Source: Octopus vulgaris (lineage: Eukaryota). Taken from it: a DNA stretch of 64,000 nt. The notes beneath the pieces are model-generated. The model searched no databases, was not told the origin of the DNA, and saw only the letters and a program-made list of their open reading frames with translations. Positions 50,712 through 62,800 of this stretch are shown one piece after another (the first letter of the stretch is position 1; every line of letters starts with the position of its first letter). The stretch spans positions 37,510,001-37,574,000 of the forward strand of contig OX597819.1 in assembly GCA_951406725.2 (NCBI GenBank), given 5' to 3'. A program made the position numbers and the translations under genes.

Positions 50712-51713
50712 AAAAAGAATAAAAAGTTTTGAATGGTACAACAATGCACTATAATATAGACAATGGGCTATTTACCTGTTGTAATTTAGTCATCCATAGT
50801 CTGATATGATTATTTCAGAATAATATTCCTTCTTCAGATATTCTTAGATGGCATTCCTGCTATAATCAGTTTTCTAACGGCTTTTCTTTTTCATTTTTTG
50901 GAAGCATCTCAGCAGTGGTCTCACGAGGCTCCTTCCGGAATTCTTCATGAAAAGTGTGTGAGGTCGGCTATGTCTCAATCTCGTGTGTGCTGGTACATCC
51001 ATAGCGCTGCTTCTAAGTTACGTATTATATGTGCAGCTTCCTCTTTTTTGTTAAAAACTACAGATGAGCATATTATCAAAAATGAACCTACACGCATCCA
51101 GATGTATCTAAATAATGTATTGATTACCAACCTCCAGCCTGTTGTTAATTTGGGGCCCTAGTCTGTCTATGATTATAGCTTCCTTAATTCTTAAGTTTCC
51201 CAAATTTCTTTCATTGGCCTCAATTGTGACTGTTCTGCTTTTTTCGGTGTTCCGGCATCTGTCTAGATGTTTTCTGAAGGAGGAAGCTCTCGTGTTCAGA
51301 TGTTCTTTGATGTGGACGAGTAACAGGCTTGTTGTGCTACCCACATAGAACTTGTTGCATTTGTTACATTGTATTCTATACACAGCATTTACCCGTTGGC
51401 ATAAATCTGTGTCACGGATGGGACAGTTTGTTAGGGTACATTGATTGTTGTCCCTTATTCATTTCTTAGTGAGGTGTCCTCTCAGAGAGGGGCCCTTCTC
51501 TCCTTATGGCTCTTCGGATGGATGTAGTTATCCTCTTGCTAAAACGGGGTATTTTAAGGAAGCATGTATTGTTGGGTTTTCTATGTGTTCAGCGTGTTGG
51601 TCGTCTTGGGTACTTAATCCAATTTACAATGGATCTAGGGTACAACAGGGTAAATAGCCCATTGTCTATATTACAGTGCATTTTGTACCATTCAAAACTT
51701 TTTATTCTTTACA
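50712..51713 (-). mobile_element. Penelope-like element fragment with GIY-YIG endonuclease and inverted termini, inserted in a SINE (TA)n tract
   Basis: Minus ORF 51108..51383 reads VYRIQCNKCNKFYVGSTT...IKEH...HL...LRIKEAIII...PQIN, a PLE GIY-YIG with CxxC. About 70-bp inverted repeats at 50714-50783 and 51641-51710. Host SINE halves at 50572-50700 and 52020-52258. Confidence 0.9.
50804..50841 (-). ncRNA. Minimal type I hammerhead ribozyme motif in the PLE 3' region
   Basis: Minus strand ATAT-CTGAAGA-A-GGAAT att ATTCT-GAAA-TA-ATC-ATAT. Confidence 0.6.
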
Positions 51714-54700
51714 AACAATACACAATACTTCAAGCGAACGACAATACTCTCATATATATATATATACACACATACACAAACATACATATATACACCAGAG
51801 TAAGCACATAAATGCGAAACAAGATGGAAAAAATAGTACTAATACTAGAGGTAGAGTAATATACTTTGTAATAAAGTATGTATATATGTATATATATATA
51901 CACACACACACCACCATTTAACGTCTGCTTTTCATGCTGGCATGAGTTAGACAGTTTGATAAAACAGAGCTGCACCAGGATCCAGTCTGATGTGGCATGG
52001 TTTCCCTTCCTCATACCATATTACACACATACACACGTGTGTATATGTATATATGTATTTGTCCCACACACCGTCACTTGGCAACTGATATTAGTGCTTA
52101 TGTCCCTGTAACTTGGTGGTTCAGCAAGAGACTGATAGAACAAGTACAAAGTCCTGTGGTTGATTTCTTTTGACTAAAAAAGAGAAAAAAACCCCATAAA
52201 GGTGGTGCTCCAGCATGGCCATAACCAAATGACTGAAACAAGTAGAAGAATAAAAGAATCTGCAAATTTGTATACATTTTATTTTTTTTGGAAAGTAGTG
52301 ACTTAATAAATGTAATATGATTGTTCTAAAAGTATTAATTTACAGAAGTTATCAAGTGATCAACTGACAGATAATATTAGTCAGCGCAACAGTTTATCTT
52401 TAATTTATCCAAACCTATTCTCATTCACTATCACATTTAACACTCCACAACTAATAACTGTCTCAAGTATCTCCTGGTTTCATGCCTGTATCCTATCAAC
52501 AGTTACATTATAAGTGAAGGAGTAGAGAGGCTTATTTGAATCATGGGTGACCTGCAGCATGAACTGTATGAAGTCCTTTTGTTATTTTGTATGGCACACA
52601 ATCATGTCAGAACATAACTTTTTATCAGAATTCTGCAACAATCTTTATGTCTGACAATTTCATTTCACTATTCACATAGTCTCTCACAAATTTTATGGGT
52701 TACTTAATGTGATGTTTTACTGTACTACATATGGTTTATTTGATTATTGTTTTAGTGTTGTGGCCTTAATATCTAATATGAACAAAAAGGCCTGCAGACA
52801 GATAAAGGTTGGTTTTGCCTTCACTCAACCTGCTAGAAGCAGATACCAAATTCCACACAGGTCATATTCATCTTGACACATTGGATAACATCCCAGGTAC
52901 ACTGACCTAAAAATAAATGATAGGGATCTCTTTGTTGGAATGCCTTTCATCAGTTCTGCTGACATGGAGCTAAAAAACAATATTAATGAGATAAAAAAGG
53001 AGTCTGTGAGATTATCTGCTAGGAACAACCAAATCTCCCTCATACCATACCCTACAAATCTTATAAAAAGGATACATTGAATATTGTAGTCCTAAATATC
53101 AGAAAAGATAGGATAGTCACAGCATGAATCCTCCTCCTCCTTTAACGTTTGTTTTCCATGCTTGCATCACTTGAATGTGAATGCCATTGGTTTAATCATG
53201 CTTGACTAGGAGCTAAAACAACTCATTCATAGCCATAGCATGAATATAATTGTCTTCACCAATATCTCTGAATGCAATTACTTTTTCATTTTGCAAGTCA
53301 TGTTCATCACATAACTAAACTGTTCAGATGAGTTTTCAAGGGAAATGAGAAAAAATTTTTCAGGTTCTTCTCTTAATTTCATTCCTTAACCTATGTGTGT
53401 ATGCATTCTCAAGCTGGGATTGGACTAAGAACTTTTATACAGATCTGTAGTACCTTACTCACTATGAAATGGATGAATAATACAGTTATCAAAATTGATT
53501 TATTTGTACTATTTGTCAGTGGCATAGTAGACAAGTTAGAACTTAATGTGAAATAAAGGTTTGACAGTTCAAGTTTATGCTCAATACATGTCTACAACAA
53601 TATACATATATTTGTTTTAAAATTTGATTAACAATTCTAATATTTTTCTTTTATTAGAAAACTACATTCAATTAAAGAAAAAACATTTCTGTTACTATAT
53701 GTTCTCTACTTTCTCTAAGGTTTATCAAGATAAAAGAATAGGGCAATATACAGCTGATTAATGGTTTACAGGTTAAATGGAAAATTTAATAATTAGCTTT
53801 ATAACTTTTCAAAATTCATTTAAAAAATGGAAAGGTCTATGTGACATAGCACAAAATTTAGCTCAATTTCAGTCTACTTATGTAATGGGAAAACAATATA
53901 TTATTAAGTTTAGACAGACTTTTTATAAGAATCTAGGTTTGATATACAAGATAGACATATGAGGGAGAAAATACAAAATATCATTTATTATTTACTTTTA
54001 CTTGTTTCAATCAATGGAATAAAGCCATGCTGGGCTAATGGCTTTTTTCTTGATCAAATCAATCCCATCTTACTTTAAGTCTGGTATTTATTCTATCAAT
54101 CTCTTTTGCCAAACTTTTGATATGGACATAAACCAACATGAGTTGTCAAGTAGTGGAGACAAACATACACACACACATACACCAGGCTTTCACACTGTTT
54201 CTGCTTACCAAATTCACAAAGCATTGATCAACCTGGAGTTAAAGAAGAAAATACAGTGGAACCAACCTCAGTTTATGAATTTAATTTATTCCTGAAGGTT
54301 GCTCGAAATGTTCATTAACTGAAACAATGTTTTCCATAGGAAAGTCAAGAGAAGGAACAGCGAATTCAAGTAGAAATGTGCACTGAGTAAAGGCTAGACA
54401 GTGACATGCTCTCCCACTGATCCTCTGAGCTTGTCACCAATTATTGTTGCTGACTTGCATTTTCATTACTCAAGACACTGTTCATCACCCAAGACGTTTT
54501 ATACTTGTAAAATTACTTGTGAACCAGTTTGTTCATGATGAGAGACATTTGTAAACCAAGGTTCCACTTGTTCAAAGGCTGCACAGTAGGACTGAACATG
54601 AAACTATGTAAATGCAAAAAGGACTTCTTAACACGTAAAATGTGGAAAGAAAATCTAGTCTATAAGTAATTTAATGTCATCCAAAAGCTCTAAACAAAAC

Positions 54701-56038
54701 TTAAAGATCTAAACATAGCAGAAATATTAATGTGTACATTAGATAGGAATTGTCATCCTATATATGTCCAAATCTCTTTACAGCAATCAGACATATGTGA
54801 CTGCTATAACCTATACAGCTCTTTCAAGGAACGGTTAAAGTACATATTTTTAACAGCCATATGTATTTATAAGCTGATAAAGGGGTGTCAGTAATTTCAT
54901 ACATTGGGAATTTTTTTTTCTAAGTATTGTGCCTTACCTGTAGGTGTGGTTATATATAATATTGGTTGGAATTCCACTGCACATTTACTAACTAGGCATG
55001 GTCTAAAAATTATACGTAATTATTTACTCATATTACAAATAGCTGTGTGTTGTAATCATAATCTAAATGAGTAATGATTACTGCTAGCAGTTTCCATTTT
55101 TTCATAAATCAATACTGGTGTGTATAGAGAGAAATAATTACCAATATTGCAGCAGCTTCTATTGATAGAGGTACTATGGCAGAAAAATAAATGAAGTGCT
55201 AAATTACAGACCAGGTAGTCATCAAATCAAACACTGATTGTTGTCACTTGGGACAAGGTACATAACTGATGCAAGTTTGCTTAGCTGATAGAAACAGGTT
55301 CCACTCCTATTTTTACAAAAGTTACAAGTAAATGAGCATTGGGCTGTAAAATTGTTTCAATGAACACCAACCCACTCATGTTAACTTAGGAAAAGGAATG
55401 AAAAAAAAGGGGTGGCAGAATTTTCTAATATCTTAACTTCAATCTTTATGAGTAAAGTGAATGTTTAAGAGTGCATATTTTGTGTATTTTGGTTACTTCG
55501 ATGTTTTCTATTAAAAACACCCTGATTTAAACAAAACTTACTTTTAAATAACATAGAAAAAAAAATTATGTTTAAGAAATATTTACAATTAATGCTAAAC
55601 AAAAATTACAATTACAAAACTGAAAGTTCAAAAATTTAATTAAAAGAGCAAGTCTGCTTCACAACCACATGATTTACAGTTCAGTCCTACTGCACAGTAC
55701 CTTGTACTAATGACTTCTATCATTCTGAGTCAACCAATGCCTTGAGTGAATTTAGTAGGCAAAGACTGTAAGAAGACCAACTTGTGTGTGTGTACATGCA
55801 TACATGATTATAGACATTCTGCTTGAGCAAAACAGTGAATGGGGTGTACATTCTTGGTTAACATTACGACTAGTAACTGTACTACCGAAGACCTGTGAAA
55901 TAAAAAAAAATCCCTTAGTTGAAAAACAGGTATGGGTTGGTGACAAATAGAGCATCCAACCATAAACTGACTTAAATATGCCCCTGTCCAGTCCATACTA
56001 GCATGAAAAAACATGTTAAATGAACATTATCCTATTAA

Positions 56039-56257
56039 CCCTTTAGCATTTAAACTGGCCATAACCAGCCAAAATATTCTACTTGTTTTATGACCAAACT
56101 GGTCAGATCTCAACTCTCACACCAACCCTACAATATCAGTCTAAAAATTAAGTTACCTCTGAAAAATCTCAAAGCTACAACATAATGTATTATTAATATG
56201 AAATAATGAGAATAAATAAGCATTATTTCTGACAGAATAATTGTGAACGTTAAAGGG
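56039..56257. mobile_element. piggyBac-type MITE
   Basis: ttaa-ccctttagcatt ... aacgttaaaggg-ttaa. Confidence 0.8.
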
Positions 56258-56633
56258 TTAAATTTAATTACACTACATTATCATTGCTTTTACATCAACT
56301 TTTCTATGGTGGCATGTATTGGATGAGACTGTGGCAGTAGAGTCACTCAATTTGAGAGCAGTCATAAAATTTCTTTCCAGTAATTGTTAAAAACATTATG
56401 GAGATGTACTTGCAGAGCAAGTGACCTGATCTGAGATCATGTGCTGGAACGAAAACAATTGCAACATAAAGCTGTAAACTTTGATACTTAGCTTTATTTC
56501 AACAGGCTGGAGGTTGGTAATCAATTCTATTAAGGCTGCCTCTAATACACATACTATCAACTTTGGAGTACCTCAAGGTTATTCCAAAGTTGAAAGTATG
56601 TGCTGGAACAAAAACAATTGCAGCGTGGAGGGT

Positions 56634-56862
56634 GTTTATAAGCCATTTAAGAAACACGCAAAAACCGTTAGATTCACTTCAACATTTAAATTTAATTCGT
56701 CAAAATATTTTCGTTACTTTCAGACTACGACCTGTTCACTGACAGGTCAGAATTTTGTCAGTGAACAGGTCGCGGTCTCAAAGCGACGAAAATATTTTCA
56801 CAAATTAAATTTAAATGTTGAAGCGAATCTGTTTTTGTGTGTTTCGTAAATGGCTTATAAAT
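56634..56862. repeat. Long inverted repeat (~110-bp arms) built from two hammerhead-like units
   Basis: tttataagccattt...gacctgttcactgaca, a short spacer, then tgtcagtgaacaggtc...aaatggcttataaa. Confidence 0.92.
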
Positions 56863-58199
56863 ATCTGTGAAGAAATTTGAAATGCTAACTTTAAAAATTA
56901 CTATAAAATGTGAAATGAGTTTACTAGAACAAGCAATATTTAAACTATAAAAAGCACAGGCATGGCTGTTTAGTCAAGAATTTCATTTTGCAACCATGTG
57001 ATTTCAGGTTCAGTCACAGTGTGTGTGACACTTTAGGCAATTACATTTTGCTATAGCCTCAGGCTAACCAAAGCTTTGAGAAGATTAGATACAGAAGCTG
57101 AATGAAGTCTGTGAGTGTGTGTGTACATTATATCTCCTTGCCTAGTCATCACAGGATAATTGTAAATGGGTGTCACTGACATATAAGCAATGTCATTCAT
57201 TTCCAGTATTCAGCAAAAATATGCGTGGCCATGGGGAAATATTACCATGCTTGGAAATAGGTGAGAGTTGCTGACAGTAGAAAATCTGCCTCAATAAATT
57301 CCATCTGAACTATGCAAGCATGGAAAAGTGGATACTAAGATTACAACCCTCACACATGTGCATCTGCCTTGACATTGTGTAATTGTAAACAAATTCCACC
57401 ATCATACAAGCTATGACATATATTTGCAATCTGCTGTAAAAACATGTGCTTTCATTTTTAAAGAACCAGAAGAAATCTTATCCTGTTTGGAAATAGGTAA
57501 TGGATGCATCCACTTGTAGGAAATTTGCCTCCTCAATTTCGTCCAATCCATGCAAGTATAGGGAAGTGGAAATTAAAATGATAAAATGGATGTAAATTCT
57601 CAGAAGGTGATTTGATTTATTATTGTCTATCATTATCTTAGCAAGAGATGCAATTCAATAGGTTATCTCATGAACTCTTATTGCAACTGATATTCTTTTC
57701 CTAAAAACAAAAAAAATAAGAAGGTTAAAGAACCATCACCTTCAAGCTGAATCTGTGTTGGTAATAAACTGCGAACAGAAATTCTACTCTGCAAACCAGA
57801 GGGAAGGCAACCCATCTAGAAGAGCAATAATTCCAAACAAAAATTTCTGTAGTGGAGATGTGGACTTTAGAAGCTACAGTGAAGGCAACCCATCAAGGAG
57901 TAACAGTGAAGAAAACTGAAGCATTATAAAAGGCAAACCATTCTTGTCACACAATGACTAGTATGAGTGCAATGATAAAATGCGCTGTAAAGTAGTTTGT
58001 AGTAGAAAGGGCATCCGATGTAAACAACACACCAAAAATATATTCAAAATTAATGAAAAATTGCAATGTATGGGGCTAATACTTGAAATGTTTGTACAGC
58101 ACATGATAGGTGGCCAGGCAGGAAATATAACCATGTGCGAGAACCCCATAACTGTCATGATTGCACCAACTCTTCTTTTTCCAAGATAAATAGACATTT

Positions 58200-58390
58200 G
58201 CCACTCAGCTGGCAAAAATGAGTAGTACCTGTATTTCAAAGGGCCAACCTTGTCACACTGTGTCATGCTGAATCTCCCTGAGAACTACATGTCTGTGGAG
58301 TACTCAGCCACTTGCAAGTGAATTTCACAAGCAAGCAGTTCTGTTGGTCGGATCAACTGGAACCCTCATTATCATAACCGACAGAGTGCT
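58200..58390 (+). mobile_element. SINE 3' half, inverted relative to 59717-60092
   Basis: tacctgtatttcaaagggcc...ggatcaactggaaccctc...accgacagagtgc. Confidence 0.8.
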
Positions 58391-59716
58391 TGTTAGTTAA
58401 ATAGACATTAAGCAATCAAAACACTAGAAGCTCTCAAGTCTGACAGGTACTAAACATCATGGTTGCTACCATCAATGTTGGATGGTAGGTTTAGAGAGAG
58501 ATACTAGAGCAGAAGTCAATAGATATGTGCTGTGTACATGAGGTAAGATGGGGAGAAGAGCCTCAGTTAGGTTCCTCATGATCTCAGATAGAAACAAATT
58601 TTTTGAAACGGGTAACAGCGCTGATAGATAAAATAATAAAAATAGAGTATGTAATAGAACAAGTAAGCTTAGATAAGTTAAATGTAATAAAACAGCAATA
58701 GTGATCTCTGCATTTGCACAATCTGGACTGACAAATGAGCAAAACAAGACCATTTCTACAGGTCCCTTTTTCACACTAAATAACAAATAGTAACTTCGTT
58801 AGCACTGCTGAGGACAATAGACATGTTGGAAATGGTCATGATGGCTATTTTGATGTGCATAAAATAAAGAGGGATTGAAGCACCTGATTTCTGATGCAAA
58901 TAACCTAATCATTTCTAACACTAACTTCAAGAAACCAGTCACTCACCTGATCACCTACAAGTGAACATCTAAGTGCAGGAGAACAAATAAGGATATCAGA
59001 TAACTAGAAGAGAGGCTAAATGTTAAGTACATTTCTCAAGAAGAGAAGTAGGAAGTAACAGGCTTGCCAATATTGAGAATTAGGTGTGAAGTGTTCCAGA
59101 TTGTAAAACAATGTATCAGTATGAACTAGGACACTCTTAGTGAAAAGTGTGTAATGATAGCAGTATACTTGCTCTGACACTGGCAAGAAAGAGGCATGGA
59201 AATTTTATTACAAGAGGTTACTGAATAAGGAGAATTCATAAGAGCAAGTACCTCAGGTATATTGGGAGCCCAATGGCCATAAAGGATATAGAAGCAGAGA
59301 AAGCAGCAAGAGCACAAGAGCTAGTGGCTGAGATGCTGAATATACCTGGCAACACAGGACATGCACTCAATCCATCATAAGGATGAACCAAGTACATACC
59401 AAATCTGCATCTTGTCTAAATTAAATCTCTTTCTAATTAGTTGTGCTATAAGCTTTTCATTAGAACTAAGATGGGAGAACCACTGATGCCATTTTCCTTA
59501 TGAGTTATCTCCAGAGGTTCTTGGCAAAAACTAAGCCACATTGCAGATTTATACAAGGCTTTGGCAAGGTACTCCACACTATAGTTTAGGTACAGATAAA
59601 TGGCTTGTGAGCAATAGGAGTAACAAAGTCTTACAAATTCTTAGAGAATTCACGAGTTATAGTTGATAGTTTCCATACCTTGGTAATTAAATTAGCAGTG
59701 TTCCTGATAAAATCGT

Positions 59717-60092
59717 GGCACTCGGTCAGTTACAACGATGAGGGTTCCAGTTGATCCGATCAACAGAACAGCTTGCTTGTGAAATTAATGTGTAAGTGGT
59801 TGAGCACTCCACAGACATGTGTACCCTTAATGTACTTCTCAGGGAGATTCAATGTGACACGGTGTGCGATAAGGCTGGCCCTTTGAAATACAGGTACAAC
59901 AGAAACAGGAAGGAAGAGTGAGAGAAAGTTGTAGTGAAAGAGTACAGCAGGGTCCGCCCTGCCCCCCTGCTGGAGCCTTGTGGAGCTTTAGGTGTTTTCA
60001 CTCAATAAACACAATGCCCAGTCTGGGAATTGAAATTGCGATCCCACGACCGCGAGTCCGCTGCCCTAACCACTGGGCCATTGCACCTCCAC
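59717..60092 (-). mobile_element. Full-length tRNA-derived SINE, second family
   Basis: Minus-strand head gtggaggtgcaatggcccagtggttagggcagcggactcgcgg...ttcaattccc carries A and B boxes. The 3' part matches 58200-58390. Confidence 0.88.
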
Positions 60093-60179
60093 TTGATAAA
60101 ATTGTCAGAATAAGAACTGGGTGGAAAAAGATCAGGAAGCTTTACCTCGACTGGCAAAACGGATAGTCTCTTTCTGAGT

Positions 60180-60625
60180 GAAAATGTCACAATGCTACTA
60201 GTGTACAAATGTAATGTTGCACATTAGTAAATACTGGACATTGAATGCGAATGAGTGATAGCTAAGAAAGAAATTAGGTAAGCATGTTCACTGGACATGT
60301 AATATTAATGTGCATGAATGACAGATCAAATGAAAAGAGAGAAAAACTAGATATAAGAGGGATAAGGTGTGGCTGGTGTACAGGAGACTAAGCTTGTGTG
60401 AACAAGTTAAGCATGTAGAGGATGACAGATGGGTGAAGAAGTACCAAGCAAAGTGGAAGGAATATGCAGAAGTGAAAGACCAAGGAAGACATGACAAGAA
60501 GTGGTGAACGCTGATCTCAGGAGGCTGAACTTCAGGGCAGAGATAAAGGACTGTGACAAGTGGTAAGATGGTGTATTAGAGAAAACCCATTTAAACCTAT
60601 GGCAAAGCATGGAAAAACAGGCATA
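60180..60625 (+). mobile_element. RTE LINE 3' end remnant
   Basis: tggacatgtaata (GHV), gaagtgaaagaccaaggaagacatga (RPRKT.) and the aacctatggcaaagcatggaaaa terminus. Confidence 0.6.
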
Positions 60626-61010
60626 AAATGATATGTACATATTAAAAAATTCAATGACAGCTGAATTGCATTTCATTTTTTGATAGATTTTAATATACTG
60701 TACTACCTTAAACATGACAACACTCAACAATAAAAATGAAAAAGATGTCATATTAACTTTAATTGGCAATTCTCTTCCCAAATTGTCAGAGAAGTTACAG
60801 CTGCTTTTCTCAAAATACCCTATTATATCAGTAGGAAATTGAAACCACTTGGTATTACCCTGACTAGTAAAGTGTTAATGTGTACTAAGGAAATCCTCCA
60901 GCTCTCAATATAATACAGATAAAAGGACTGTATCCACCTTCAGTTTGAAAATTCCTTATTTGGCAAATCTAATATGAAATGATATATAAATCAAATTTGT
61001 GGTTTCCAAG

Positions 61011-61014
<4 letters not shown>

Positions 61015-61095
<81 letters not shown>
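61015..61095. repeat. (GA)n microsatellite
   Basis: About 40 uninterrupted GA units. Confidence 0.98.
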
Positions 61096-61100
<5 letters not shown>

Positions 61101-61101
61101 A

Positions 61102-61137
61102 ACTTACCTGGACAGAAAAATGAGGAAAAAGAAGAAT
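61102..61137 (-). promoter_or_regulatory. Candidate recursive splice site (poly-Y CAG|GTAAGT) in the long PPM1 intron
   Basis: Minus strand ttcttctttttcctcatttttctgtccag|gtaagt. Confidence 0.5.
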
Positions 61138-61949
61138 TTGGAATTAATCTGTAAAATAGATTAATCATACCTAATTATAGTTTACAATTAGTAATTAGGA
61201 GTTGCAATGACCAAGTTGAAACATGTCAACTCCACAGCTCATGATTTTTGTGACATGATAAAGATAGAATGTATTGTACAGTTAAGATAATTAACTCTTC
61301 AGTCAATGTATTTAGAATTAGCTGCTGAGATAGAAGGTCCTCTATGATTGTGTGATGATCTAACTAGATAATTGAAAAACATTGAGGTCTGACTAAATTC
61401 TACCAGAACTGTCTTAGCTTTTACACAACAGAGAAGATAATAGCAAACCCTGCTCTTCAGTATGTGAATAATAATCTTATTGGTATGACAATATATCAAT
61501 GCTAACAAAAGCAGAGATTTAGCTGCAATTTCTGATAACATAGCAATACAGCACATGCTATTTAGAGCAAGAGTGAAGTAGAAACAGAAACATTTGACTT
61601 AAAAATTCTTTATAATAAACCACTGAGTTGGACTTTGATTTGTATAGCTGAGACAAATCACTTGTATTTTATAATAATACTATTCTCATATCAACACAAG
61701 CAAGTAAGAAGTCCTTGTTTAGTAACAAAACTAATTCGAAGTTATGCAGAGATTTTAGAAAGCAGAATGAAGCAGAATCAAACTAAATAAGTTCAAAATA
61801 ATAGAATATAATTTATTACTCCCTATTCTCAGGTATTTGGTTTGCAAGTGCAACACAGTGGAATTAATCCACATCTTAGTCCTTGATTTAACATACATAA
61901 TACAAAATGGGTAGCAGCAAGTATGTAGAAATGGTTTTGAGCTTGCTAG

Positions 61950-62800
61950 TTCCAAAAGAGGACATTGTTGAAGTAGAGGTAATACATGAAAATAGAAAAA
62001 TAGTGCAGAGAGTCAGGGGTGGTTAACATTTCTTGGTCTTTGATAATCAGCCAGACTGCCTTATTTTGGGTGCAGTAGAAATATCTCAGATATTTGAACA
62101 GTAACCTCATGTGATCACCTTGGGTACAGGTAATTTGGGCTAATCATCACCTTCAAAAAGATTCAGATCATCTGTTAACCATCAGCAACTGAAACAAACT
62201 AGATATAGCCCACTATTTCAACTTAGTAAAATAATTTGTGAAAAAACCACCTCCATATCTGGAAAGATACTTCTCTGCAATGGCATTCTTGATGACAAGA
62301 TTCAATATCACCAGAAATGCATGAAAATAGCTTTTTGGAAGTCTTCAAACAAGAATCTTTCATGGTTTTAACATCTGAACATTCATCAAAATGTTAGTGT
62401 ACAGAATAGGTGATTCCAACATTCCTGTAAACTTCAAAAATCTGATAGCATACGAATGATATCTGAAGGCAACGAAAAGGTCTCAATAATACTGTTTGTG
62501 AAACATCAGCTGAGAAGAAAAAATATTAGCTTGCTGAATGAAGCAAATCAGGCAGCAATGTCTTGTGTGGAATCTGATGAGATTATAGCAGGAGTGGTAA
62601 AAGAAGAGAACAGTACCTTTGACTGGATAAGTGAAGAGCAGATGCTGCTGCATAGTGGTGGAAAAGATGACAGTGAACTAGTAGCAGTAACATGTTGGTA
62701 AGTGAACCTTTGCTAATCAACAGGAATGCCTTCTTTTGGATGCAGTCTAGGATATTTTTTTTTAAGTGTAGTAGCAACACTCTCTCAAATGTGATCTACT
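61950..62800 (+). mobile_element. Possible pogo/Tigger transposase fossil
   Basis: cagactgccttattttgg (QTALFW, compare DETGLFW) and an acidic SDEII stretch in ORF 62456..62701. Very decayed. Confidence 0.35.

Noticed and set aside
54933-54945. Other minus-strand AG|GTAAG junctions (here and near 63123)
   Set aside because: No polypyrimidine tract upstream, unlike the 61.1-kb site.
60979-61164. ORFs with (RE)n or (SL)n runs
   Set aside because: These are translations of the (GA)n microsatellite.
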